Positions 42,241 to 54,975 of a DNA stretch of 64,000 nucleotides are shown here, in pieces. Origin of the DNA: Octopus sinensis (taxonomy: Eukaryota); NCBI RefSeq assembly GCF_006345805.1, contig NC_043010.1, positions 47,430,001 through 47,494,000 of the forward strand. The letters are read 5' to 3'. The position numbers were made by a program, and so were the translations under genes. Each line of letters begins with the position of its first letter. Position 1 is the stretch's first letter. The notes below the pieces were generated by a model, which saw only the letters and a list, made by a program, of their open reading frames with translations, was not told the origin of the DNA and searched no databases.

Positions 42241-45194
42241 GCCTTATGCTTAAGGATAGGAAAGGGGCTATTCTCTGTGAAACTCTAAGTACCAGGACAA
42301 TCCAGAATTGGTAGGGTTCTTTGGTTTCTCCTGGGTGGTACTTCCCTCTAAACTAGAGAATTTTGTCATCAATTTTTTTTATTGTTATTGCTTTATTGTT
42401 TATACATGCAAATGTAAATCCCCGCAGTTCTTTGCTTTTGTATTGTCTTAAATGGATTTTCTTTTGCCCCTTGTGACCAATAAATCATTATCATCATCAT
42501 TATCATTATTATATTATTATAGTGAAGTCGGAGAGCTTGGCTGAATTGATAACACACCAGACAAACTATTTACAATCATTTCGTCTGTCTTTATGGTCCG
42601 AGTTCAAATTCCACTGAGGTTGACTTTGCCCTCCATTCTTTCGAGTTTGATAAAATAAGTACCAGTCCAATACTAGAGTCGATGTAATCGACGAGCCGCC
42701 ACCACCACTACCAATTTTTCTCTTTGAAAAAATTATTATTATTATACTGAAGGTGGTGAGTTGCACGCTGGACGAAATGCTTTGCCTTTCATCCTTTCAA
42801 TAAATTAAGTACCAGTTGCGTGCTGGAGTTGATCTAATCGACTGGCCCCCCTCCCCCAAAATTTAAGGCCTTGTGCCTATAGTAGAAAAGAATCATTAGC
42901 ACGCCAGACAAAAGGCTTATCAACATTACTTCCGACTCATTAGGTTTTGAGTTCAAATTCTATCGAGGTCGATTTTGCCTTCATCTTTTTTGTGGGAGGG
43001 AGGGGCAATAAAATAAGTACCTGTTGAACATTGGGGTTCTATGTAATCGACTAACCCTCCCTCCGTAAAATTAGAAAGAATTATTATTATTGTTATTATT
43101 ATTAAATAACCAGGAAAGTAAATCAAGGTATCTTATCAATGATAGGGTTATAGTTGAACGGTAAAACTTAGCATTGTAATAGACAATTATCAGAGATTAT
43201 TTCTGAAAACAACTGCAACAATAATCAGCCAGCACACACGCACCCTGTTCTACAGGAATATCTGTGAGTCAGACCTATGAAAACGACCACCTGTTTTATA
43301 ATTGAAGTGATGCGTGCATGAGTGAGTGCTTGCATGTATGTTAGTATCCGTATATCAGTTTATTTCCTTAAACGAACTGGCACAGCATAAATTGCTTTAT
43401 TTATAGCGTGAAAGGAAGTATTTTCTGAATGGATAAGAATTAAACAGAGAGACGAGGAATAAAAGAAAATACGTGCTGCATAAAATAGCAGAGGAACACA
43501 GCGGAAAGAAATATACACCATAAATTCACATCAGATTAATATAATATAATATAATATAACAAGGCAGTTCGTTATCAACAGATTTTCGTCTTAATAATGA
43601 AATCTAGAACGGAAACAAACCTTTTAGTTCAGAAGCTTTTGACAGATACGTGAACAGGCATAACGTCTACATATGAAAAATTAGTATCACCGAGGGTGCA
43701 AGTATAAATGTGCATGTAAATATATAGATCAATATAAATGCATGTGGATGCTCATCTCTCTCTCTCTCTTTCTTTCTCTATGTGTGTATGCAAATCTGTG
43801 CTTCTGTATAAGCTGCGTTTATAATGTTTATATATGTTTGAATATATATGTGTGTATGTTTATATATAGGTCCGTATATATAATATATATATGCGTGTGT
43901 GTATGAACATGTATGTATGTATACACACACACACACACACATACATACATACATACACACACAAACATAAAGAAGTTATGTGTAAGTGTGTGTTAGAAAA
44001 CTAGTGTTTGTTTGTTTATGCATCTGTACTTTAATGGTTGGGCAAAAAGATCTGGGTATCTATATAAATACCACACTTAAATAAGGACTGGAGCCAACTT
44101 ACATGACTAAAACACTCAATGCAGTGCCCCAGCATGACAGCAGTAAGATGACAGAAACTCCGTGTGTGTGTGTGTGTCCAGTATACACAATTGAGGCTGA
44201 ATTACATTAAATTAACCATTGATGTATCATAATGTGTATACACCATTGATAGGCCAATTACCACAGTACTCATCTAGAGATAACATTTCTTAAGGACATG
44301 AGGGAGTTGAGAAATCATTCCAGCAGTGACTAGTAAAACCTCCTGATGCACTTCAACCTTTTTGGACCTTTTCTATGACAAGTACTCACATTCAGCCACA
44401 TACCTGGACAAGAATTTGTCACCTCCAATACAGGAAACAGTGAATAACATAGTCACTGATGTTGTATATAGTTACCTGGCTGAACAAACTTCTAATCACA
44501 CAGCCATGCCTGCACCTATACATACGCGATATTTGAAACAAATATATAACCAGGTCATTTACCTCTTACTTATTTCAGCCATTGTACTGCAGCCATATTG
44601 GGGCACTCCCTTGAAGGAGTTTTAGTTGAATGAGTCAACCCGAGTACTTAATGCTCTCTCTTCTAAATGTGGCACTTCTATCAGTATCTTTTGCTGAACC
44701 GCTGTGTTACAGGAACTTAGATAAGCCAACACAGGGTGTCAAGTGGTGGTGGTGGTGTAGGTAGTAGACACAAATACAAAGGCACACACACATAAATATA
44801 TGATGGTCTTCCACTCAGATTCTGTCTACTAAATTCACTCACAAGGTATTGTTTGACTCGGGAGTAACAGTAGAAGGCACTGGGCCAAGGTGCCATACAG
44901 AAGGACTAAGACCATACTATGGTTGCAAAGTTAGCTTCTTGACAGCCATGCATGTATGTGTGAGTGTGTGTATAGATATGTAAAATATATTGTTCAACCC
45001 ATGTCAGCAAAGGAAGACGGACATTAAATGACGACGATGAGGATGATGAACTATATACATACATATAATAATAATAAAGCATTTATTGGTACCCTACCAA
45101 TATGGCATTATTGCACCAATATCATATTATTTTAAATTCAGTTTAACTGAAAAACTTCACAAGTTTTTGGAGTTCTCTTAAAATCTGAATTTTC

Positions 45195-46056
45195 AACTGC
45201 TAGCATACAACAAATCCTTGTCCAGACCTGATCCCAATGCTGGATGCTCAAGAACCAAATGAACATGTTGGAATCACCATCATGAAGCTGGCTCTGAACG
45301 AGGATCTTTGCTATCACTCATACAAGAGGTGCTAAGGACAAATTCCGACAGTCAAGGCCAAGAAACTCTTGGTTCTTCCCCAATAGATAAAAACATCTGC
45401 AAGGACCAGCTCCACAACAGCCAGAATAACAGGTAGCTTGCCTACAACACGTGTAATGTTCCACATAACATGAAAACCAAGTTCCCCCAGACTGTGATGG
45501 TCTTTAGATTTATCTCTAGCGAGGATGACATCATGCTGGCCCATTTCTTTGAATACGGTCTTAGGTTCAATTTGGAAGGCTATGTGAAACTGCAGGAGAC
45601 TTTGGTCAAAACCCTTGATGGTGAAATTTACTCCTGGAAGGGATATATGCAGGAGTAGAAATTGGTTCTTTACCATACCTCCAGAAAAGAGTCAGAAGTG
45701 GTTGTTGGAGAATTTCTACGACATCACCAGCCCCACTTTCTGGCCAAATGTAATCCAATGGGTTACTATGTTTGGGCTGCAGTTGAGAACGATACCAACT
45801 ACACTACCTGCAACACTAAGGCCAGGCTGGTGGTCAAGATCAAGGAGGTGATTGAAGATTTTCCTAGCAATACTGTGAGAAACACGTGTCTGGTTCCGGA
45901 GCCATCTGGAAGTCATGGTTGAAGCTGAGGTTGACAGTTATCTCTCAGTTATAACCTAATTGGTATCTTTTGATTTTTCAGAATATTTATATTTCAAGAT
46001 GGGATAGTGTTTTCTTTTCCATTTATGCACACCGTCAAATTCAGCCTGAACATCCA
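45195..46056 (+). pseudogene. Degenerate Tc1/mariner transposase (DD37D/maT-like) with right TIR
   Basis: MKTKFPQTVMVF..SSEDDIMLAHFFEYGLRFNLEGYVKL, QKWLLENFYD, CNPMGYYVWAAVE, VKIKEV remnants across frameshifts. Confidence 0.85.
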
Positions 46057-46373
46057 TATTTATGTATATACGTACGTACGTATGTATGATGTATGTATGT
46101 ATGTATGTATGTGTGTGTGTGTATGTATGTATGTATGTATGTATGTAAAGGTAAACATATGTACGCATACACACACACATATTCGTATATATCAATGTAC
46201 ATAAACATACATACACATATTTATATATGTATATACATACACATATGCATACACAAATACAAACACACACACACACATATATATGTATGTATGTATGCAA
46301 GTATATTCATCCATGTACATAGAAATACACATATGCATAACTATATGAGATACATCTAAACACACCCACACAT

Positions 46374-46432
<59 letters not shown>

Positions 46433-47260
46433 ATATGGGCGTACGTGTAGAAGTGTACACTGTTGTTCATGTTTACATACATACATACATACAGACAGGC
46501 CTCTGCATTGAATTACAATTATGTGTTGACATATTCCCAATATAGTTCAAACAGATTTTCTCACCTCCAACCTGCGTCGGATAGTTAGCATTTTATTGTA
46601 TTTATACATAATATCTATGTAATATGAATATAACCGCTAATCTCGTCCAATAAGCTACCCTCACGTTCTTAAAATGGGATCTACATATTTTAAGTCTGGA
46701 ATCAATTGAAAATATTCATTCACTACCAATAAGGTCTGGATGATTATGTTCAGAAAACGCCCAACTGATTTGCAGGTTTAATCAGTTATGTAAGTGGTGA
46801 ATGAAAACAAAGTCTGAAAACATGTCACAATATTCGTCTATGGAAAAAAAAAGTCATTGGAAAAAATTTCATATTGTATAAATATATATAATAAATGATA
46901 GATTTAATTACAAAAAATAATATTTGAAAATCGCTTGGCCACAAAATTGATATAATAGTGTTTCACATATGTGGTGGAAAAATAAATCACGTTTCATATA
47001 TCTATAAAATCTTAAATAAAACAATGAAAAAAAGAAAAAGAAAATGTTAATCAGTCATTTATTGATATTCTCCGTGACTTTTTTTTTCCTTCTGGATTCA
47101 TGTAATATAGTTCTTGATGAAATAGAACTAGTTGGGTACCTTCGCCCCGCCACCCAACAGTTGTTGCAAATGAACAAGAGCTGAAACTGAATGGGTAAAA
47201 AAAATCGATATCTCTATATTTTATATATATAAGTGACAATCTACAGCCATAGATATATAC

Positions 47261-47303
<43 letters not shown>

Positions 47304-47656
47304 ATACGTATACACACACACACACACTACGCAAACTATACAGTATGGATCTACAATACTGTCGACTTTGAATTAATATACCCACCCACTCTATTGACAA
47401 GTATACGAGTGTCTATTGTTTCTGATTACACATTCTTAGACGATCGTGTACGTGTGTGTGTGTGTGTGTGTGTGTAAAAACTGAACACTGACTAGCTTAT
47501 GTTTTATAACAAGTCGTTCATATATAGACATAAATATATTCAGCTAGCAATATTTCTCATATTGTTTAGAAATAGTGAAATTGAAACATGGCACGGGTGA
47601 AGACCAATTTGCACGGATTTTTTTTTTTTTTACGAAATAAAGACACAAACAATTAA

Positions 47657-47688
<32 letters not shown>

Positions 47689-48145
47689 GATGTGCGTGTG
47701 TATATCTATATCATAGTGATGTCTGGGATTTTAATGAAAATTCGAATTGTATTTGTTTACAATTGCACATTATATGTAGCTAGCTTGCATCGCATATATG
47801 TTTCTATATCTATAGCTAAATATATATGGGGCTGTGCATATGTTTCGTGGTTGTGTTAGGATTATCATAATAGACAAATTGTTATTAAAAATTGATCGAG
47901 AAGAGGGTAACACATGATGTACTACAGTTGAATTCGTGACTACAACATTGTCGACATAATACTCAAGTGACAGGTTAGGTGCGTGAATGCAGTGCTGTTT
48001 ACATTGCATGTTGACTCACAGACTTCGCTGACAAAAGAATAACACATCATCACATTATTACCATTATGAGAGAGAAATCGTTATTGTAATTATCACAGAA
48101 ATAATCATTGAATTATTTGTTATTGTCATTTATTAGTTTACCTAC

Positions 48146-48640
48146 CTCTAGGATGAGAAAAAGTTAAGGTACTGCACCGTTGGCAGTACCCGTGCGTATG
48201 TATCGTATCCTTTTTTTTGTTTCTTTTACTCGTCTTTTTTTGTTGTTGTTGTTGTTTTTACTTGTGAGTGTCTTAATTAACTGGAAGAAATGCAGTTATG
48301 ACAATTGCCGAAGAAAAAAAAATAATAATTCGCACTGAATGTGAGAATGACATCAGAGAAGAGATAAGAGAAAGAATGAATCGAACAGTGGTAAGAGATC
48401 AAGAGTAGGAGGCGGGAGCAATGATATGTTTATGTGGGTGGTTTTATATGTATGTGTGTGTGTGTATTATATATATATAGAGAGAGAGAGAGCGAGAGAG
48501 AGAGAGAGAGACAGACAGACAAAGAGAGGGATAGAGAGACAGTCAGGCAGAGACAGAGAGTGACATGTGGAGAAGGAAGAGTAGATAAATAAATGGGAGG
48601 TGCAAAACAACTTTACTGAACCAATACAAAATGGCTACAT
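48146..48640 (-). other. Candidate non-coding first exon of the minus-strand gene (TSS approximate)
   Basis: Donor ctagag|GTAGGT at 48146/48145; lies in the CpG-retaining zone just downstream of a promoter-type motif cluster; contains a (CT)n tract. Confidence 0.3.
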
Positions 48641-48660
48641 TATTAGTCACGTGATTTAAC
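48618..48660 (-). promoter_or_regulatory. Putative housekeeping-type promoter motif cluster (CCAAT, YY1-like, E-box)
   Basis: CCAAT 48621-48625, CAAAATGGC 48627-48635 (GCCATTTT on minus), GTCACGTGAT 48646-48655, all within 35 bp. Confidence 0.35.
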
Positions 48661-49654
48661 ACTTAGAAACTAAAAATATAAGGGAGATAACTTTATTTTT
48701 TGCTTTATTTTTTACTTTTCTTGCGTCAGTCATTGGCTTGAGGCAATGCTGGGGCACTGTCTAGACTGATTTTAGTCGAACGAATCAACTCCTGTACTTG
48801 TGTTTTTATATTATTCTCTCTTTTTTTTTTTTTATAATCTGGTAGTTACTCTATCAATGTCTTTAGCTGAACCGCTAGCTTACAAAGACATAACAAGCCA
48901 ATGTCAGTGGTGGTGATGGTGGTAGGGTGGATAAACAAAAAAACACAGAGATATCCATATATATACACATACGAATACGTAGGAATTCTTTCAGTTTTCA
49001 TCTACAGAATCCGTCCACAAGGCTTTGATCGTCCCGGGGCTCTTGTAGAAGACACTTGTCCAAGGTACCATGCAGTGGGACTGAACCCAGAACCATGGGG
49101 ATGGGAATCAACCTTCTTACCGTACGGCCAAGTCTGGCAGAACCGTTAGCATGCCGGGCGAAATGCATAGCCGTATTTCGTCTGCCGCTACGTTATGAGT
49201 TCAAATTCCGCCGGGGTCGACTTTGCCTTTCATCTTTTCGGGGTCGATAAATTAAGTACCAGTTACGCACTGGGTCGATATAATCGACTTAATTCGTTTG
49301 TCTGTCCTTGTTTGTCCCCTCTGTGTTTAGCCCCTTGTGGGTAATAAAGAAACAGGATCTTTTCATTTTCAAGGCCTGATTGTCAGATTTTAAGATCCAA
49401 ACAACATACTTTTTTTAATATTTTATCTTTTACTTGTTCCAATCATTAGACTGCGGCCATGCTGGAGCAGCGCCTGGAAGAATTTTTAGTCCAATGAATT
49501 GACCTCAGTACTTTTTTTAAAGCCTTGTACTTACTCTGTCGTTCCTTTTTGCCGAACCGCTAAGTTACGGGGAAGTAAACAAACTAATACCGATTGACAA
49601 GCGGTGGTTGGGGTACTAACATAAACGCACACACACACATGTATATACGACAGA

Positions 49655-50366
49655 CGACGGAATTTTGGTATAAGGACGCCATGTAACCTCTCATAACGTT
49701 TTATTTTTCGGAATTTTTAGAAAGTCTTTGCGAATTTGTGTTCTACATACGGGAATTCATATGCAAAATAACGGATCTTTTCGGTTTGAACGACAGTTTT
49801 TTCTAGCGGTGTCATATGAAATTGTCACCCATAATTAATACCCTAGTATCGATCTATTGCATTTCAATCTCTTTTAGGCTTAGGGTTAGTTAGGGTTAGG
49901 GGTGGGGGAAGGGTATATTTTTTCTTCACAAATGTAAATAAACCCAATCTGTTTCTTAAACGAGGGACATTTTCATACGGCACAGAATGTTTTCACCTCA
50001 ATAGACGTCATTGATTGGTTGAAATTGCAGAAATTGAAAAAAAGCAACAACAAATATCTTACAAACTATAGAATTTTCTCAATAAAGCCAAGAGAAAAAG
50101 GTGTTTTATAAACATATTCTACCAGTATACGAAGTTTAAAAGTGTTTAGTTACGTGGAAACTATTTTAAAAAACTGCCGTTCAAACCGAAAAGATCCGTG
50201 AGATGTGCTAAAAATTACAGCAATATAGCGCTTAAATCACATTTTTTTTGCATAATCATATGAATTCCCGCGTGTAAAAAACAAATTCATCAAAAATTTT
50301 TTGAAACTTCCAAATAAAGAAAAAATTATGAAGGGTTATATAAAGTGTTTAAACCAGAATTCCGCC
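49655..50366. mobile_element. Outer MITE with about 110-bp imperfect TIRs
   Basis: ggaattttggtataa...cgggaattcatatg versus catatgaattcccg...ttaaaccagaattcc. Confidence 0.7.
49771..50199. mobile_element. Inner MITE with about 30-bp TIRs and internal TTAGGG-like repeats
   Basis: acggatcttttcggtttgaacgacagttttt / aaaaactgccgttcaaaccgaaaagatccgt; ttaggcttagggttagttagggttaggg at about 49874-49900. Confidence 0.8.
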
Positions 50367-50967
50367 GGGCGGGCTTGTTTCAGTTTCTGTCTACCAAATC
50401 CACTCACGATGTCTTAGTCGACTCGAGGCGATAGTAGAAGACAATTGCCCAATGTGCTACGTTGTGGCAATTAAGCCCGAACCCATGTTTATGAAATGAA
50501 AAAGGGACGTAAAAAAATAAATAAGTGACGCTCTACGTCGGCAAATGTACAAAGTTAAAAAACAAAAGATAAAAATAAGTGTAATAAGAGTTAATGAAAT
50601 TCACAAGATCAGATAATACTGTGTGCCACGAGACTACGTGAGTTCTGCCGCTTCGGACAGGTGGTTTCTTGTCAAAAGCAATGTCATCATCTGACAGTAG
50701 ATCTTCTGTCTTTTACTTGTTTCAGTCACTGACCGGCGGCCATACTGGAGCACCACTTTGAAAGGTTAAATTGATCAAATCAACTTCAGTATTTACCTTA
50801 AAAACCCGATACCTATTTTATCGACGTCTTTGTCGAACCGTTAAGTTACGGGGACGTAAACAAACGAATACCGGTTGTCAAATAGTGCTGGGGACAAGCA
50901 CGTATATAAAACACGTCCCCCTCTCTCGCTCTCCTCTCTCTCTCTCTCTCACACTATATATATATAT

Positions 50968-51427
50968 ACTACTACTACTACTACTACTACTACTATGGCA
51001 ATCCCTCAAGGTCGAGGATGATGGTCTTCGCGCAAATTTATTGGTGAGTCCGCAGGTGACTGATAAGACCAATTCTTGCTCGAAAAGATCGGTCACAGTG
51101 CGGACATCTAGTGCCGGAAGGGAGAGTCGCACGTGATTGTTGTTGGCGCTCCTTCCATCGTCGTCTTTTCTCCTCCAGCTCTGCAGACCTTTTCGACTCG
51201 AAATTCGCCGTTCCCTCATGGATAGTGGTTTTCCAGAGTGGTCTGTTTTTTGCCGTTTCCTCCCAGTTGGTGAAGTCAATGTCACACTTTTTGAGGTTCG
51301 ATTTCAGGGAGTCCTTGTAGCGTTTCTTCTGGCCTCCTTTTGTACGCTTGCCGTCTTTGAGTTGGGAGTAGAAGATTTGTTTGGGAAGTCGTTTGTCAGT
51401 CATTCTAACCACGTGGCCGCTCCATCT
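50968..51427 (-). mobile_element. Young 5'-truncated RTE-clade LINE with C-terminal C2H2 finger and (TAG)n tail
   Basis: Stop-free RWSGHVVRM..RLPKQIFYSQL..GGQKKRYKD..CPHCDRSFRARIGLISHLRTHQ*; both flanks are (TA)n. Confidence 0.92.
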
Positions 51428-51484
51428 TATATATATATAAATCAATTGATGATTTTTCTTTCTAAATTAAACCAATTGGAATTA

Positions 51485-51610
51485 ATGATGGCAATCAGAC
51501 TAAGCTTTGAGCAAAGGAAATTCATTCTAAAATGCTACTGGAAGTGTGAAAACGCAGTTAAAGTGCAAAGACAGTTTAAGAGGGAGTTTCAAACAGATCC
51601 ACCAACGCGA
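51485..51610 (+). pseudogene. N-terminal helix-turn-helix fragment of a Tc1/mariner transposase (DUF4817-like)
   Basis: MMAIRLSFEQRKFILKCYWKCENAVKVQRQFKREFQTDPPTR. Confidence 0.7.
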
Positions 51611-51827
51611 CCAAGGATGTGGTCTTTCCGGGATCCTAAACTCGGATTTGTGGCTAAATCCGAGATCAGTCTGGCGAGCATATACAGACTGACCAACATC
51701 AACAACGGCAGAAGGGGTGGGGGTGGGGTTACCACCCTCTCCCTATGGCGAAGCACAAACGAGGTGATTATATGGTTTATTTCCAACAGGGGAAAATGAA
51801 GAGCAAGGTTCACCCAGTTCAATATAT

Positions 51828-52231
51828 TCTCTTTTACTCTTCTACTTGTTTCAGTCATTTGACTGCGGCCATGTTGGAGCACCGCCTTTAATCGAGCAAC
51901 TCGACCCCGGGACTTATTCTTTTGTAAGCCCAGTACTTATTCTATCGGTCTCTTTTGCCGAACCGCTAAGTAACGGGGACATAAACACACCAGCATCGGC
52001 TGTCAAGCAATGCTAGGCGGACAAACACAGACACACAAACACACACACGCATATATATATATATACATATATACGACGGGCTTCTTTCAGTTTCCGTCTT
52101 CCAAATCCACTCACAAGGCTTTGGTCGGCCAGAGGCTATAGTAGAAGACACTTGCCCAAGGTGCCACGCAGTGGGACTGAACCCGGAACCATGTGGTTGG
52201 TGTAAACAAGCTACTTACCACACAGCCACTC
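51828..52231 (-). mobile_element. Young full-length CORE-type SINE
   Basis: Head, CORE-like block and tail all present; CpGs intact. Confidence 0.92.
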
Positions 52232-52320
52232 GTGGATTTTTACCTGTCTACATCGAAAGGATTACTAGTCAGGGCACTTTCCTTCGCTAGAGACTTCACT
52301 GACATTAGCGATAGACATAG

Positions 52321-53655
52321 ATGTCATCATATCATGCACGCCAGGAAAACGGTGCTGTTTAATAAAGTTTCAACCTAAGTCAAACAAAGCGATCCCGTGG
52401 GTTCATTTAACTTAGCGATAGGGGTCTATGACAGCGACCTCATTGGGCTGTCTATCCTGCATACCCTAAAGAAGAAATTTTCTTCAGTCTTCTTTGGTCT
52501 CTACAGAGATGACGCCCTAGAGGGGTTAATGGGCAAACACTAGATAGGTTTAGGAAAGATGTGACTATCACCCTTAGCTCCATGGAACTTAAAATTACAA
52601 TCGAGACCAACCTCACCATCGCGGACTTATTAGACGTCACGCTCGACTTGGGCTCCGGTACATACAGGCCCTACCACAAGCCAACCGAGAGGTTCTTACC
52701 ACCCACCCATCGTGTTCAGAAACCTGGTGTAGGGTGTCAGCAAGAATCTCGAACCAATCCTCTAACCAGGAGATTTTAGACGCTGCGGTCCCTTACTATT
52801 ACGAGGCCCTAATTGCTAGCGAATTTAAGGTCCACACGTCTTACATGCCGAGCCCTAACACCCGCAGAAGGAGGCGCCACCGAAATAGCGTTTGGTTCCC
52901 CACCACTTCTCCCTCAATGTAAAAATGAGTGTAGGTAGGATATTCTCCAGCACTTTACACAATCACATAGGTACGGACACCTGTTCCACAGACACAACCT
53001 AATAGCCTCTTTTAGCTGCGCCCCCAATATTATGAGCATTTTAGTTAACACCCCTAGGGCACGAGCGGAAGCGGGATGCTCATGTAGGAACTACAGCAGA
53101 TGCCCAGTGCGAAACCAAATGAGTCATCTATGAGGCCCAGGTGGTATCTGACCCTAATAGTCGCAGCAACTTTTCCAGCAGCTACAACAGTAGCAGGAAA
53201 TAGCAGCAACACCATCGTTAATGATAATGCTCATAATAATAGCAATAATAACAACAACTACTATAGCTCCGACAACAGCTCCAACAACGGCGGTAGTTAT
53301 AGCAGTACCAACGAAGATACCAACAATGACAGCAACAACACCAACAATAACAGTAGTAGCAGCGTCAACAACAACAGAAACAGCAACGCCTGCAGCAGCA
53401 TTCGGATGCTCCGGAAACACCTTCAAGCAGCACCTCTCCAACCACAAATCCTCGTTTAGGATCCCAGAAAGACGTTATGCCTCATCCTTGGCCTGTCATG
53501 TGTGGAGCATGAAGGACGAAGGGACTCCACGTGCAATCACATGGAAAATTCTAGAAAAATCAGATCCCTACATCAACGGGAGCAAATGTTCCTCTCGACC
53601 CGAGGAACATTTTAAATTCCAGGACGGAAGTCTTCGGACCTTGTTTATACTTTAG
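52321..53655 (+). mobile_element. Degenerate Penelope-like element: RT C-terminal half plus GIY-YIG endonuclease
   Basis: GLYRDD (YRDD 52502-52513), ADLLDVTLDL..TYRPYHKP, RNSVWF, CSCR..CP, VIYEAQV (53123), FGCSGNTFKQHLSNHKSSF, ITWKILEK. Confidence 0.88.
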
Positions 53656-53774
53656 GCGATTCCTATTGAAATCCTGGGACCCGCAAGCTGACTAGGTGGA
53701 TTCTGGATAATGGTCTAAGAGAGACAGTTCCTTACGCTTGACCTTTCTTCTTAGTTTTTGTGTTCGAAAATTAG

Positions 53775-54140
53775 CCACGAGGCCTCTTCTTCCTCCAATT
53801 TCAAGAGAAGTTATAGGTCACCGGCAATTCGGGTCTGACAAAACGTATGTAATGCTAAGCGATTTTTGGACGCGAAACCCTGAGTAACCACATGAATCAA
53901 CCATAGTTAACATTCTCTAAATACTCTACTGTTCTATAACTGAAAGTGTACTTCTCTTTCGGATTTATAATTTACTGACAATATATATAAGTTAGATGAG
54001 GCCGGTTTATGGGATTTCCCCGGGTTTCACGTCCACAAAGCGCTTAGCTTTACGGCGTATCATCAGATCCCAAACCTGTTGGCCTATGGCCTCTCTAGCA
54101 AGTGGCCTCTCTAGAAAATGGAAGAGGAAAGGACCTCGCT
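53775..54140. repeat. Inverted pair of Penelope pLTR segments, each with a hammerhead-like core
   Basis: 53775-53890 (+) aligns with the reverse complement of about 54010-54140; cores CTGACAA..GAAAC (+) and CTGATGA..GAAAC (-). Confidence 0.7.
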
Positions 54141-54743
54141 ACTCAATGCCAACTTTTGTTCGGCCCGCGGTTATAGTGGAAAACACTTGCCCAAGTTGCC
54201 ACTCAGCTGAACTGAACTCAAAACCATTTGGTTGGAAAGCAAACTTCTTACCACACAGACATGTCTACACCTTAAAAAAAAAAAAGAAAAAAAATATGGT
54301 GAAGAGAAAAAAAGGAAGTATTTTCCTGGTACTTACATTACCAGGCCTAAATGTAACAAAAAGATGCGAACTGATAGTGTTTTTCCCAGGAAAGTAGGAT
54401 GAGCAAATCGAAAGCATTCAATTTTCAGTGATGTTGCTATGCTAGGAATAAATAATTGCGTGATAGTTGTAAATGGTTGACACTATCATACTAGAAGTGC
54501 CATTCATTTTCATTATCATTATCGCGACAATATGTCAGCCTATGAAAAGATATTGATTTCAAATTATGGCATTAGGCCAGCAATTTCGTGGGTAGATCTA
54601 TTACATCGACCTCAGTGTTCAACTGGTACTTATATTATCGACCCCTAGAAAGATGAAAGGCAAAGTCGACCTCGGCGGAATTTGCACCCAGAACGCGAAG
54701 ACGAACGAAATGCCGCTAAGCATTTCGCCCAGCATGCTAACCA

Positions 54744-54975
54744 TTCTTATTTCTTTACTACCCACAAGGGGCTAAACACAGAGAGGACAAACAAGGGCAG
54801 ACAAACGGATTAAGTCAATTATACCGACCCCAGTGCGTAACTGGTGCTTATTTAATCGACTCCGAAAGGATGAAAGGCAAAGTCGATCTCGGTGGGATTT
54901 GAACTCAGAACGTAATGGTAGACGAAACGCTAAGTATTTCACCCGGCGTGCTAACCACTCTGCCAGTTCGCCGCC
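54744..54975 (-). mobile_element. Young family-B (Meta-like) SINE, adjacent to a second partial copy (54560-54743)
   Basis: Complete head-to-tail match to 49126-49354 and 14000-14230. Confidence 0.88.

Larger units (their letters stand above)
49430..50480 (-). mobile_element. CORE-type SINE interrupted by two nested MITEs
   Basis: SINE tail at 49430-49650 resumes at gggcttgtttcagtttc (about 50371). Confidence 0.8.

Noticed and set aside
44340-44490. Possible Gypsy integrase zinc-binding remnant (PDALQPFW...)
   Set aside because: Needs several frameshifts and the match is too weak to call by eye.
53120-53122. In-frame TGA next to the PLE Zn-knuckle (possible selenocysteine, as reported for some Naiad PLEs)
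   Set aside because: The element has other stops and frameshifts, the conserved Cys codons are TGC/TGT, and I see no SECIS-like motif downstream.
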